Source: a virus. From it: a stretch of DNA of 64,000 nt. Of this stretch, positions 9,716 to 19,202 are shown piece by piece (positions within the stretch are counted from its first letter, which is position 1; each line of letters starts with the position of its first letter). Below the pieces are notes generated by a model. It was given only the letters and a program-made list of their open reading frames with translations. It was not told the origin of the DNA and ran no database searches. The position numbers were made by a program, and so were the translations under genes. The stretch is from positions 32,001 through 96,000 of the IMG/VR virus record IMGVR_UViG_3300006916_000041. One strand, written 5' to 3'.

Positions 9716-10687
9716 ATGGAACTACTCACGCTATGGAGCCTAGTAGGCTTCTTGCTGGCTGCGTATGCAGTTATAGCAAACGATTCAGTACAAACTCTCG
9801 GTACATGGATGGCATCAAACAATGAGAGATTCAATTACAAAGTATTATGGGCGGCAGCAAGTGCAGTATTGCTTGCGACCTTGTGGTATGGCTGGAGTGT
9901 AAATGGTGGCGACATCAGTTACGGACGACTAAACAGAATACCTTGGCAAGAAGTGCAATGGTATCATGCGGCAGCACCTGCTATCCTAGTAGCACTTACT
10001 AGGCTTGGTGTGCCTGTATCAACTAGCTTTTTGGTACTGAGTGTTTTTGCTAGTACATTTGTATTAGAAAAAATGCTTATGAAATCTATCATGGGCTATG
10101 GTGTTGCAGCCGCATTTGCATATGTAATTTGGTTTGCAATACACAAGTTCTTTGGACGCTGGTATGATGAAACACAACCAGTAAGCGAAGGCAATAAAAA
10201 CTTCTGGCGAGTTGCACAATGGATTGCAACTGCTGGTCTTTGGTGGACTTGGCTAAGTCATGACATGGCAAACATTGCTGTGTTCTTACCACGTGAAGTG
10301 CCTGTTGACTTAATGCTTATGGTTAGTATTGTATTTGTTGCTGGCTTGTTCTTTATGTTTAGAGAACGAGGCGGTAAAATTCAACAAATTGTACTAGAAA
10401 AACACAACACAAGATATGTACGAAGTGCAACACTGATTGACTTGTTCTATTGGTTGTGCTTGTACTTCTTCAAAGAACTAAACGATATTCCAATGAGTAC
10501 AACTTGGGTATTCGTAGGCTTGTTAGCAGGTAGAGAACTTGCTATGGCTACTTACTTCGGTAAGAAAAAAACAAAATCAATCTTTCCATTGGTTGCCAAA
10601 GACTTTGGCAAGATGATGGTTGGACTAGGTGTATCAGTGGCACTTGTATTAGCAATCCACTATATTATCTTACCTAACGGACTATAA
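9716..10687 (+). CDS. Multi-pass membrane transporter, distant PiT/PHO4-like
   Basis: Duplicated IANDSVQT/SHDMANIA and PVSTS/PMSTT motifs resembling PiT repeats. Confidence 0.6.
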   Translation: MELLTLWSLVGFLLAAYAVIANDSVQTLGTWMASNNERFNYKVLWAAASAVLLATLWYGWSVNGGDISYGRLNRIPWQEVQWYHAAAPAILVALTRLGVPVSTSFLVLSVFASTFVLEKMLMKSIMGYGVAAAFAYVIWFAIHKFFGRWYDETQPVSEGNKNFWRVAQWIATAGLWWTWLSHDMANIAVFLPREVPVDLMLMVSIVFVAGLFFMFRERGGKIQQIVLEKHNTRYVRSATLIDLFYWLCLYFFKELNDIPMSTTWVFVGLLAGRELAMATYFGKKKTKSIFPLVAKDFGKMMVGLGVSVALVLAIHYIILPNGL

Positions 10688-10694
10688 AAAACAG

Positions 10695-10723
10695 TTGACA
10701 CGGGCTTCGGCCCGTGTTATATT
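10695..10723 (+). promoter_or_regulatory. Sigma70 promoter whose spacer is a cUUCGg hairpin
   Basis: TTGACA-17-TATATT; ACACGGGC-TTCG-GCCCGTGT. Confidence 0.65.
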
Positions 10724-10728
10724 TTAGT

Positions 10729-10974
10729 ATGTTTTTAAATTTACAACACCTTACAATCGAGCAACTAATTGAAAAACAAATCGAGTTGCGACAAAAAATC
10801 TCTCAAGCACATCAACTTGGCATGTCAGGTGCTGTAGGTCAATTACAAAACACACTAGATCAAATTGGTATTGAAATTAGTGCTAAAAGCCAAATACAAT
10901 CATTGGAAAAAGAACGTGAGAAAAAAATAGAAGATGGCAAAGACCCAGACGATGATGTGTTAAATATAGGATGA
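10729..10974 (+). CDS. Hypothetical coiled-coil protein
   Basis: ORF just after promoter. Confidence 0.55.
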   Translation: MFLNLQHLTIEQLIEKQIELRQKISQAHQLGMSGAVGQLQNTLDQIGIEISAKSQIQSLEKEREKKIEDGKDPDDDVLNIG

Positions 10975-11480
10975 AGATGAATCAACTCAATGAAATAGTA
11001 GTAGATGAAAATGATCTAGTAGAAGGCATGCTGGAAGGCAAACGTGCTAGATATGTAATAACCAAAGACACTGAAAAGATAGACAGTTACAATCACTTTT
11101 GTACACTGTTCAAGTTTGACGATACTATTGATTATGAAACACCAGCCGAAACAAATGATAAGTATAGTTATAAAGATGCTAACAATTGGTGGATGCCTGA
11201 AGAATACAAAACACTGGACATAGAGCAGTATTTGTTAAACTTGATAACCACACAGAAACAACGTGAAAGAGTATATGCAGAACTTGAAGAATTTAAAAAC
11301 CGCGAAATGCTGCCAATGTTACAATTTCTAGTATACATGGTAACCGAACTAAAACAGCACAATATATTGTGGGGAGTTGGCAGAGGAAGCAGTGTTTCAA
11401 GCTACATATTGTATCTAATTGGTGTACATAAAATTGATAGTATTAAATACAATTTGGATTATAAGGAATTCCTGAGATGA
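10971..11480 (+). CDS. Stand-alone fragment of DNA polymerase III alpha (DnaE-like)
   Basis: RVYAELEEF...GVGRGSSVSSYILYLIGVHKIDSIKYNLDYKEFLR matches the GRGS region of family C polymerases. Confidence 0.8.
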   Translation: MKMNQLNEIVVDENDLVEGMLEGKRARYVITKDTEKIDSYNHFCTLFKFDDTIDYETPAETNDKYSYKDANNWWMPEEYKTLDIEQYLLNLITTQKQRERVYAELEEFKNREMLPMLQFLVYMVTELKQHNILWGVGRGSSVSSYILYLIGVHKIDSIKYNLDYKEFLR

Positions 11481-11902
11481 GTAGAAAAGTTAGAACTGCT
11501 CGAGGCATGACAATAGACATGGCTGCCCTTGCAGCAAAAAATGAAAAAGTAAAAGCAGTTGGTAATGTTCCAATGAATGCTCGCGGTGATCGTCTGAACA
11601 CAGATGGTAGTGTTAAAATGAAAGCAGAAGATGTCGCTGTGGCACATCACAATGCTAGTGTACCTCCACAACAACAACCACTAAGTGACACCAAGCCTAT
11701 TATTAAAGAAACTGCTCCCCCTCCACCATCTCCTCCACCACCTCCTGTGGTTGAAGAACCTATTGTTCCAGATTTAGAAGAACAATTTAGCCAAGAACCT
11801 GAGCCAATTAGTAAAATTACTAGAACAAGAGATGACGGAACCAAATACGTGGAAATCGAATATGATGACGGAAGTATAGAAACCGTAGAACTCGAGGAAT
11901 AA
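11477..11902 (+). CDS. Hypothetical protein with poly-Pro linker
   Basis: AVGNVPMNARGD N-terminal motif, PPPPSPPPPP. Confidence 0.6.
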   Translation: MSRKVRTARGMTIDMAALAAKNEKVKAVGNVPMNARGDRLNTDGSVKMKAEDVAVAHHNASVPPQQQPLSDTKPIIKETAPPPPSPPPPPVVEEPIVPDLEEQFSQEPEPISKITRTRDDGTKYVEIEYDDGSIETVELEE

Positions 11903-13092
11903 TGCCTAACATAGAAATTACTACGTCTCCTACGGGACGTAGTCCAGAAAAAAAATACTTTTTTGGTGACAAAACACAACATTTAGATTTAACTAGACCC
12001 AAGTACAACAAAATTGGCAATCAGTCTGATTACGATGCTTTTTACAATCAAATGTGGAGTTTGGAAAACTACGCACATGATTTAGAATTTGTTAGTGCTG
12101 GCATACGTTTTCGTGTTTGTACCAACGACGACAGACATGCACAATTCGTGCGCAACATGTTTACAGTACTACCAAAAAGCAAACCTGCAGATTTTATCAT
12201 ACTGCACAACACTGATTTAAAAATTGACGAACCTAAAATTTATGTGCATTTGGATCGCAATGAGATGTTGATTGCTGGCACTACATTTTTAGGCGAAATC
12301 AAAAAAGGTGCATTTGGTATTATTAGTTTTATATTACCTGAACAAGATATACTGCCGATGCATTGCAGTGCATTTACCTACAACGACACAACCAACTTGA
12401 TGTTTGGATTGAGTGGTACTGGTAAAACAACACTGAGCAGTGATCCCGATTACAAACTGATAGGTGACGACGAAATTGCTTGGAACGATCAAGGTATTGA
12501 AATGATCGAAACAGGTTGTTATGCTAAAAGCGAAGGCTTAACACCAGAAACACACAAAACAATATTTGATGCTGTTGAACTTGCAAGATCTCGTGATACA
12601 TTAGTAGTTGAAAATCCAGGTGCAGCAAATGCACGACTGAGCTATCCAATTGATTGTGTGGAGAATGCCTATCATGAACCACAACAGTTTGATCACCCTG
12701 ATAACATATTCTTTTTAACAATGGATGCCAAAGGAGTGTTTCCACCTGTTAGCAAAATATCAGGCGACACAGTCAGACGTTTCTTTGAAACAGGATACAC
12801 CAGTCAAATGCCAGGAACAGAAGCTGGCACTGATGAAATCAAACCACTGTTTAGTCCTTGTTACGGTTCACCTTTTATGCCAAGAGCAGTTAGTGTGTAC
12901 AGTGATCTATTGATGAAAAAAATTGAACAACACAACTGTAATGTGTATTTGATCAACACAGGTATGGATTCAAGTGGTGTTAGATATTCACTTGACTTTA
13001 CAAGAAACTGTGTTAAAACTGCTATAGACTTAGAAGTAGAAGATAATAGCCGAGATGTCTTGAAGACATTAGAACAATTAATAACGGAGTAA
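11902..13092 (+). CDS. pckA: Phosphoenolpyruvate carboxykinase (ATP), shortened
   Basis: TGRSP, GEIKKG, MHCSA, FGLSGTGKTTLS, IGDDE, GCYAK, YLINTG. Confidence 0.92.
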   Translation: MPNIEITTSPTGRSPEKKYFFGDKTQHLDLTRPKYNKIGNQSDYDAFYNQMWSLENYAHDLEFVSAGIRFRVCTNDDRHAQFVRNMFTVLPKSKPADFIILHNTDLKIDEPKIYVHLDRNEMLIAGTTFLGEIKKGAFGIISFILPEQDILPMHCSAFTYNDTTNLMFGLSGTGKTTLSSDPDYKLIGDDEIAWNDQGIEMIETGCYAKSEGLTPETHKTIFDAVELARSRDTLVVENPGAANARLSYPIDCVENAYHEPQQFDHPDNIFFLTMDAKGVFPPVSKISGDTVRRFFETGYTSQMPGTEAGTDEIKPLFSPCYGSPFMPRAVSVYSDLLMKKIEQHNCNVYLINTGMDSSGVRYSLDFTRNCVKTAIDLEVEDNSRDVLKTLEQLITE

Positions 13093-13095
13093 TTA

Positions 13096-13431
13096 ATGAG
13101 AAAAATTAGAGCAATCAGACACAGTGTACTAGGTTTTTTTGTAAATCCTCCAGGAGAAGGCCGCACAAAAGGTGGTATAATTACACTAGACGATGATGGT
13201 AAAACTGAAGGAATTAAAAGTAGATTCTTCGAAGTACACGATGTAGGCAACGACAATGCTGTAACACATGATGTTAAACCAGGCGATATTGTACTAGTAG
13301 CACATGGGCGTTGGAGTCGTGGATTTGATATTGATCACCCGGAAGGGAAAAAAATGTATAGTTTAGATCCTGAGGAAATCTTAGGAGTATGGGAAGGCGA
13401 TAAAAGCGTATTGGAGTATACAACAAGATGA
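13096..13431 (+). CDS. groES: GroES-like co-chaperonin
   Basis: TKGGIIT mobile loop, VKPGDIVL, EILG. Confidence 0.75.
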   Translation: MRKIRAIRHSVLGFFVNPPGEGRTKGGIITLDDDGKTEGIKSRFFEVHDVGNDNAVTHDVKPGDIVLVAHGRWSRGFDIDHPEGKKMYSLDPEEILGVWEGDKSVLEYTTR

Positions 13432-13655
13432 CAAATGTAATTGAATTTGACAGAAAAATAGATTTTAAAGTGTTGTTTACACTGCCAACTGGCAAAGTTT
13501 TACAACTAAACAAAACAGCTGAAGATGATTTCGATATCGAAATCAGCGGAGGAAATGGAGTTGCTTATATAAGTGCCAATGGAAAACTTATAGCTGAAAG
13601 CAGACTGCAACGAGTTTTTCCCAGTGCAGAAATTATAGAAACTACAGTGCTATGA
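13428..13655 (+). CDS. Hypothetical protein
   Basis: ATGA overlap with neighbours. Confidence 0.5.
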   Translation: MTNVIEFDRKIDFKVLFTLPTGKVLQLNKTAEDDFDIEISGGNGVAYISANGKLIAESRLQRVFPSAEIIETTVL

Positions 13656-13819
13656 GTTTTAAAGCTCATTTAGAATATATCTATCATATAACATGCAATC
13701 AGTGTAAAGGGTATTTTACATATGCAGTGATGCAAAAAAATTTTAAAATTGATAGAGGAAAATATTGGTGTCCCAAGTGTGGACAAAGTGGTAAAATAGA
13801 ATTACAAGATGAAGTTTAA
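13652..13819 (+). CDS. Zinc-ribbon protein (55 aa, not in ORF track)
   Basis: CNQC and CPKC pairs; ATGA overlap. Confidence 0.6.
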   Translation: MSFKAHLEYIYHITCNQCKGYFTYAVMQKNFKIDRGKYWCPKCGQSGKIELQDEV

Positions 13820-14402
13820 CTACGATAAATCGGTTGCTGAATTTTTCGATATCATGTATAAGAAAGAAATTTTACAACTGGTGACACTGGAAGAAGTAAG
13901 AGATGCACTACATACAAATCAATTATTGAGTAAAAATTGTGCAATACATGCATTCGAAAGCATTTACACAGAACATAATCGTGTACTATATATAGGTTCA
14001 TGGTTTGGTATATTAACAAATTGTTTACTAAAAAACTTTCCAAATATTAGTATCGACGAAATCGATATGGATATCAGATGTAGTTTAATAAGCAAAAGGC
14101 TTAATATAGATTACAACTCTAATCATTATACAGCCGACATAAACGTGTTTGATAGAATAAACAATTACGATACTGTTATTAATTTAAGTACCGAACACAT
14201 GTCAAATGATTGGTATAATAAAATTAAGCCAGGAACTCGTGTTGTAATGCAAAGTAATAATTTCGATGTTATAGGTGACCATATTAATTGTTGTGCAAGT
14301 TTACAAGATATGCAAAATAAATTTAACTTGACAGAAACTACATTTGCAGATACACTAGAACTTAACGTATATAACAGATTTACACTTGCGGGTATTAAAT
14401 GA
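13809..14402 (+). CDS. Class I SAM-dependent methyltransferase-like
   Basis: YIGSWFG motif I, EIDMD, VINLSTEHM. Confidence 0.65.
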   Translation: MKFNYDKSVAEFFDIMYKKEILQLVTLEEVRDALHTNQLLSKNCAIHAFESIYTEHNRVLYIGSWFGILTNCLLKNFPNISIDEIDMDIRCSLISKRLNIDYNSNHYTADINVFDRINNYDTVINLSTEHMSNDWYNKIKPGTRVVMQSNNFDVIGDHINCCASLQDMQNKFNLTETTFADTLELNVYNRFTLAGIK

Positions 14403-14523
14403 AACGTTTAGAAAATTACGTAGCATGGTATCGAAAACTACGCAGTCAAGGATATAGTCGGTTAGACTGTTTAAGCTGGGCAGTTTATAACAGTAAACAT
14501 TATACAATACACGGAATATATAA

Positions 14524-15489
14524 ATGATCAGTATAGGTATAAATGGATTCGGAAGAATAGGACGTTGCGTTGCCAGACACATCATGAGTGAACGCAATGA
14601 TATGCAGATTGTACAAATCAATGCCAGCGGTGGCGAAGAAACAAATATGCATTTGCTAAAATATGACACAGTTCACGGAACATATAAAGGTCCCATACAC
14701 GAGCCGATACTGTGGACAGAAGAACGAGATATAGAACAGTTAAAATGGCACGGTGTTGATGTTGTACTAGAATGCACAGGAGCATACAACAACGGGTTAA
14801 AATGTCTTAACCATACTCTTAACGGTGCTAAAAAAGTAGTAATCAGTGCTCCGGCTGCAGACGTAAAACGCACAGTTGTTTATGGTGTTAATCATCAAGA
14901 CATAACCAGTTCAGAAAACATTGTTAGTAATGCCAGTTGTACAACAAACTGTCTTGCTCCACTAGTAAAAGTATTAGATGAACAGTTTGGTATTATAAAT
15001 GGACAAATGACAACTGTACACAGTTACACAGGTGACCAAGGTACTATTGACAAACGACACAGAGACTTGTATAGAGCTAGAGCAGCAGGATCGAATATTA
15101 TACCTACCAGTACAGGTGCAGCAAAGGCACTGCAACATGTGTATCCAAAACTCAAAAACAAAATCATGGGCAGTGCTATTAGAGTACCAACACAAAATGT
15201 GAGTTGTGTGGATTTGACTGTGCAACTTGAGCAAGAAGTCAATGAAAAATTGGTCAATGAAGCAGTAGCAAGTGCTAGTAAAAATGACATGCGTGGCATT
15301 ATAGCCTATCAACCATTGCCACTGGTAAGCAGTGACTTTAACACCACAAAAGAAAGTTGTATTTTTGCACCAGAACAAACAAGAGTAGTTGACAATCATT
15401 TGGTTCGTGTACTAGCATGGTATGATAATGAATGGGCATTTAGTTGCCGCATGGCAGATGTAGCAGCACACATGATGACTTTACAATGA
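14524..15489 (+). CDS. gap: Glyceraldehyde-3-phosphate dehydrogenase
   Basis: GINGFGRIGR, SNASCTTNCLAP, IIPTSTGAAKA, WYDNEW. Confidence 0.95.
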   Translation: MISIGINGFGRIGRCVARHIMSERNDMQIVQINASGGEETNMHLLKYDTVHGTYKGPIHEPILWTEERDIEQLKWHGVDVVLECTGAYNNGLKCLNHTLNGAKKVVISAPAADVKRTVVYGVNHQDITSSENIVSNASCTTNCLAPLVKVLDEQFGIINGQMTTVHSYTGDQGTIDKRHRDLYRARAAGSNIIPTSTGAAKALQHVYPKLKNKIMGSAIRVPTQNVSCVDLTVQLEQEVNEKLVNEAVASASKNDMRGIIAYQPLPLVSSDFNTTKESCIFAPEQTRVVDNHLVRVLAWYDNEWAFSCRMADVAAHMMTLQ

Positions 15490-16649
15490 ATAAAAAATCT
15501 AAATCTAATAAAGAGTTTCAATGGATCAGTTTAACTGGATTGTTATCAGCTTGTGGTAGTAGTAAACAAGAAACTGCTACAGCTGATGTACCTAAGATAT
15601 CCGGCAACAGTGAACCTGTAGCAGTGATCCTGGACACCTTTCAAGGACCTACTACACACGGTCCTTTGGTGCTGCAAAATTTTTATGGTGAATTCTTAAA
15701 CGATCACAAAGAAGTAACTGTAATTGCAGAAGATGTAGATGTCGACAAAACACCAGATCCAATGCTAAGAGCATATCAAGATTTTGATCCTGATGTTATC
15801 AATGTAAGTTGGGGCAGTAAACGTAATACAGATTATCCGCACATGGACAATTACAACACCTACACACATGATGATGCATATTTGCAATCAAATCAAACAC
15901 TGTGGGAGAATGGGGTGACCGTTACCGCTGCCGCTGGCAATGACGGGCTACATGATGCGGCAGTAGCTACTTGGGCTAGTAGTATTTTTCCTATTGTAGT
16001 TGGTGCTTACAGTCAATATGACGGTGATATTTATGATTGGAGCAACAAAGGATCTGCTGTAGTACACTATTATGAAAATGGAGATGGTTGGGGTATAGAA
16101 GGAACCAGCTTTAGTGCTCCTAGAGTGGCGGCGCAGGTTGCATTGATCAAAAGCGAACACAATACTATCAGTGAAAGCAGTGTTAGAACTATACTGGAAA
16201 AGAACAGTGTGTATGATTTTGACAGTGGAGACTATGTGCAAAAAATAGATGAAATCACAAACACAGATCCTAGTATTGATACTCGTGTAAAAGTCGAAGC
16301 AGTGTTTGAAATATTTGAAGGTAGAAATCCCAGTCAAACAGAACTGGACAACTGGATCAATCTAGTAGACAGTGGAGATGAAACATTGGGAACTATGGCA
16401 CGTTGGTTTGCTATGAATGGTATCCAAACACAAGATGTTCCGCCCATTGAAAGAATGCAGGCGTTTTATCATTATTGGTTAGGTAGAGAAAGCCAGGACA
16501 GTGAGATAATACGAATGTTCAATGATCTTGTACAAACACAAAATTGGAATCAAACGTTTGATAACTTTTTAGAACTTGAACATGTTGACACTAGCTATAG
16601 TTTTGTGTATAATAACTACGATGTACTAGCAACTGAGGTAATAGCATAA
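15486..16649 (+). CDS. Lipoprotein S8 subtilase with DUF4214-like C-terminal repeats
   Basis: Lipobox LSAC; ILDT, THG, AAAGND, GTSFSAP; C-terminal FEGRNP..ELDNW and WLGRES. Confidence 0.75.
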   Translation: MNKKSKSNKEFQWISLTGLLSACGSSKQETATADVPKISGNSEPVAVILDTFQGPTTHGPLVLQNFYGEFLNDHKEVTVIAEDVDVDKTPDPMLRAYQDFDPDVINVSWGSKRNTDYPHMDNYNTYTHDDAYLQSNQTLWENGVTVTAAAGNDGLHDAAVATWASSIFPIVVGAYSQYDGDIYDWSNKGSAVVHYYENGDGWGIEGTSFSAPRVAAQVALIKSEHNTISESSVRTILEKNSVYDFDSGDYVQKIDEITNTDPSIDTRVKVEAVFEIFEGRNPSQTELDNWINLVDSGDETLGTMARWFAMNGIQTQDVPPIERMQAFYHYWLGRESQDSEIIRMFNDLVQTQNWNQTFDNFLELEHVDTSYSFVYNNYDVLATEVIA

Positions 16650-17563
16650 TGAAAGATATTTGGGTAGAAAAGTATCGTCCTAAAACTGTAGATGAATACG
16701 TTTTCAAAGATGAAGCACAAAAGCATCAAGTAAAAACTTGGATTGCTGATGGCGGTATTCCGCACTTGCTGTTTAGTGGTAGTGCTGGTACAGGCAAAAC
16801 TACACTGGCAAAAGTTCTTATCAATGACTTGGGTGTACAAGATGCTGATGTACTGTTAATCAACGCAAGTCGTGACAACGGTGTTGATTTGATCAGACGT
16901 AAGATTACAAACTTCAGTGAAACTATGCCTTGGGGTGATTATAAAGTTATCTTGCTTGATGAGGCTGATTATATCTCAGCAGAAGGTCAAGCGGCACTGC
17001 GTGGTGTTATGGAACAGTATCATCAAAGTGTGCGTTTTATTCTCACTTGTAATTATCCCAACAAGATTATTCCAGCACTGCATTCAAGATGTCAAGGTTT
17101 TCATATTACAAGTTTGGACACCAATGAGTTTACTGCACGTATTGCAGAGATACTAATTGAAAACAACACACAGTTTGAACTAGACACACTGGACAGTTTC
17201 GTTCGTGCAACATATCCAGACTTGCGTAAAACTATCAACAATGTGCAAATGGCAGTTGTTGATGGTGAACTAAAGCAAGCAGAGCAAAGTGATCAAGACA
17301 CAGGCTGGCGTATCAAAATGGTAGAGCTGTTCAAAGCAGGTCAAGTGCGTGAAGCTCGAAAACTTATTATTGCAAACTGTAGAACTGATGAATATGAAGA
17401 AATGTATCGTTGGTTGTATCGCAATGTAGAGTTCTTTGGCGACACAGAGGACAAGCAAGACGAAGCTGTTATTGTTATTAGAAACAGTATGGTCAAGCAC
17501 ACACAGGTTGCAGATCCAGAAATCAACTTGAGTGCTACTCTAATAGAACTTAATAACTTATAA
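16649..17563 (+). CDS. Clamp loader AAA+ subunit (RFC/gp44-like)
   Basis: WVEKYRP, GSAGTGKTT, INAS, LLDEAD, SRC. Confidence 0.93.
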   Translation: MKDIWVEKYRPKTVDEYVFKDEAQKHQVKTWIADGGIPHLLFSGSAGTGKTTLAKVLINDLGVQDADVLLINASRDNGVDLIRRKITNFSETMPWGDYKVILLDEADYISAEGQAALRGVMEQYHQSVRFILTCNYPNKIIPALHSRCQGFHITSLDTNEFTARIAEILIENNTQFELDTLDSFVRATYPDLRKTINNVQMAVVDGELKQAEQSDQDTGWRIKMVELFKAGQVREARKLIIANCRTDEYEEMYRWLYRNVEFFGDTEDKQDEAVIVIRNSMVKHTQVADPEINLSATLIELNNL

Positions 17564-17565
17564 AA

Positions 17566-18042
17566 TTACCAGCGTCCTTGGCCTTTACCAATAAGCCAAA
17601 TACCTGCTCCTAATATAGCTATAGCTATCATAGCAGCAAATAAACCTACTACCCAAGCTATGATTGCTTCTTTGCGTTCTTGTGCGGCATAAACTGCTTC
17701 TTTTTGTTCTTTGCGCATCTGTGCTTCGATAGCTACAATTTCGTCCCAGCTACTTGGTCCGTAGTATAAACTGATATAACTTCTTAGTTCTTCACGCATG
17801 TCTTGCGCTTTTTTCTTTTGTATCCAGACTTCCATAGCATTTTTTTGAACGTCTGTTCCTAGAGACTTGTACCAAGGTGGATTTTCTGCCTTCTTGTGGG
17901 CAAAATCCAAATCACTGATAGCTTTGGCCCATGAACCAAGTTGGCTGGTCATAGACTGAATATCTTTACCAGTACTGATAGCACTTTTAATTCCGTTAAA
18001 AGCCGCTGTGGCAGCACCGATTGCTGTAATCGGATCAATCAT
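17566..18042 (-). CDS. Hypothetical phage protein with C-terminal TM
   Basis: MIDPITAIGAATAAF; minus-strand TAAATAC at 18082-18089. Confidence 0.65.
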   Translation of the reverse strand: MIDPITAIGAATAAFNGIKSAISTGKDIQSMTSQLGSWAKAISDLDFAHKKAENPPWYKSLGTDVQKNAMEVWIQKKKAQDMREELRSYISLYYGPSSWDEIVAIEAQMRKEQKEAVYAAQERKEAIIAWVVGLFAAMIAIAILGAGIWLIGKGQGRW

Positions 18043-18125
18043 ATTTTTCACTCTCACTCACTAGTACAAGAAGTACTATACGTATTTAACGTAAAATCGT
18101 AAAATATTAAAGTGTAACTTAAAGA

Positions 18126-18182
18126 AAAGGTTGACAGTAAGACATCTTGATGCTATATTGTATATGTAAGTTAGAAAAGGAG
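18126..18182 (+). promoter_or_regulatory. Repeated promoter cassette copy 1
   Basis: TTGACA(18131)-17-TATATT, AAGACATCTT in spacer, ATATGTAAGTTAGAAAAGGAG leader. Confidence 0.85.
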
Positions 18183-18188
18183 TTCGCT

Positions 18189-18398
18189 ATGTGGGCAGTT
18201 GAAGCACGTAATTACGGAGAGAATCCAGACTACTTTTACATGTCAGGATTAACAGAAAAACAAGCTCGTAAGCGTCACGCTGAAATGTCAAACAGCGGCA
18301 AATGGGCTATGTGTCGTAGTTGGGATAAGGTTGCTGAATGGGAACAAGAACAAGCCAACGAACGTATTCGCAACTTTAAAGGGCCTCTGAGTGTGTAA
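18189..18398 (+). CDS. Early hypothetical protein
   Basis: First ORF after cassette, AAGGAG RBS. Confidence 0.6.
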   Translation: MWAVEARNYGENPDYFYMSGLTEKQARKRHAEMSNSGKWAMCRSWDKVAEWEQEQANERIRNFKGPLSV

Positions 18399-18424
18399 AT
18401 AAAACTATAACAGAGGAAATATCA

Positions 18425-18661
18425 ATGACAGGTAATGAACTTTTAGATATGATGGAAAAACGCTTTGACGAGGGCGATTATCCAGGTGGATTAATTTACA
18501 TGACTGGCAGACGCATTGCTGAACACTTTAAAGATAATCCCATCACAGTAGACGAAATCCAGCGCATACCAATGGTTGGCAAGAAGCGGTTGGCAGCATT
18601 TGAAGAATACTATGGTGTTACGTTAAGCAAGCCTGTATTTCGTACATCACGCAATCAATAG
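18425..18661 (+). CDS. Hypothetical protein (HhH-like IPMVGKK)
   Basis: RBS GAGG. Confidence 0.5.
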   Translation: MTGNELLDMMEKRFDEGDYPGGLIYMTGRRIAEHFKDNPITVDEIQRIPMVGKKRLAAFEEYYGVTLSKPVFRTSRNQ

Positions 18662-18669
18662 GAGACCGC

Positions 18670-18921
18670 ATGTCACAAGAAGAAGGCGTTCATGTTACAT
18701 TAGATGATCTAACTCCACAACAGGTACAAATGCTGAATAAGATTTGGAGTTATGACAGGGCTGAAGATTTACAAGCATTTAGAGACAGCCTGCCTCGATT
18801 CCGTCAACAGGAACTTGATACACTTGTTATAATGATAATAATGGAAATGGAAGGAGTCAAGGCTGAAGAAGATGTAAGCATGGCTCAAGAGATGTTGCGT
18901 GATCTTGGATACTCATGTTAG
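18670..18921 (+). CDS. Hypothetical protein
   Basis: RBS AGGAG. Confidence 0.55.
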   Translation: MSQEEGVHVTLDDLTPQQVQMLNKIWSYDRAEDLQAFRDSLPRFRQQELDTLVIMIIMEMEGVKAEEDVSMAQEMLRDLGYSC

Positions 18922-19202
18922 ACGATAATGCAGCTAAAATATTTGCTGAAAACATAAACATGATGGTGCCATGGTATCTCATGGCATCGTATGCGTACTA
19001 CAAAAAAGATGAACCTATACTCAGCGATGCGTTCTTTGACGCTATGGGCAAAACTATGTTGGAGAGATGGGATGACATTGATCATTTTCACAAGCACTTT
19101 ATTACTGTTGATGACTTACAAGCCGGAACCTATCTTGGCGACTATCCCAGTCGTGTCGAAGGTGCCCTTAAAGACCTTGTTGATAAACACAAAAAAGGTT
19201 GA
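18915..19202 (+). CDS. Protein resembling domain Ia of NAD-dependent DNA ligase
   Basis: SYAYYKKDEPILSDAFFD matches YY..D.P.ISDAEYD. Confidence 0.65.
   Translation: MLDDNAAKIFAENINMMVPWYLMASYAYYKKDEPILSDAFFDAMGKTMLERWDDIDHFHKHFITVDDLQAGTYLGDYPSRVEGALKDLVDKHKKG

Noticed and set aside
11710-11750. CCT/CCA-rich tandem repeat
   Set aside because: Simply encodes a poly-proline linker
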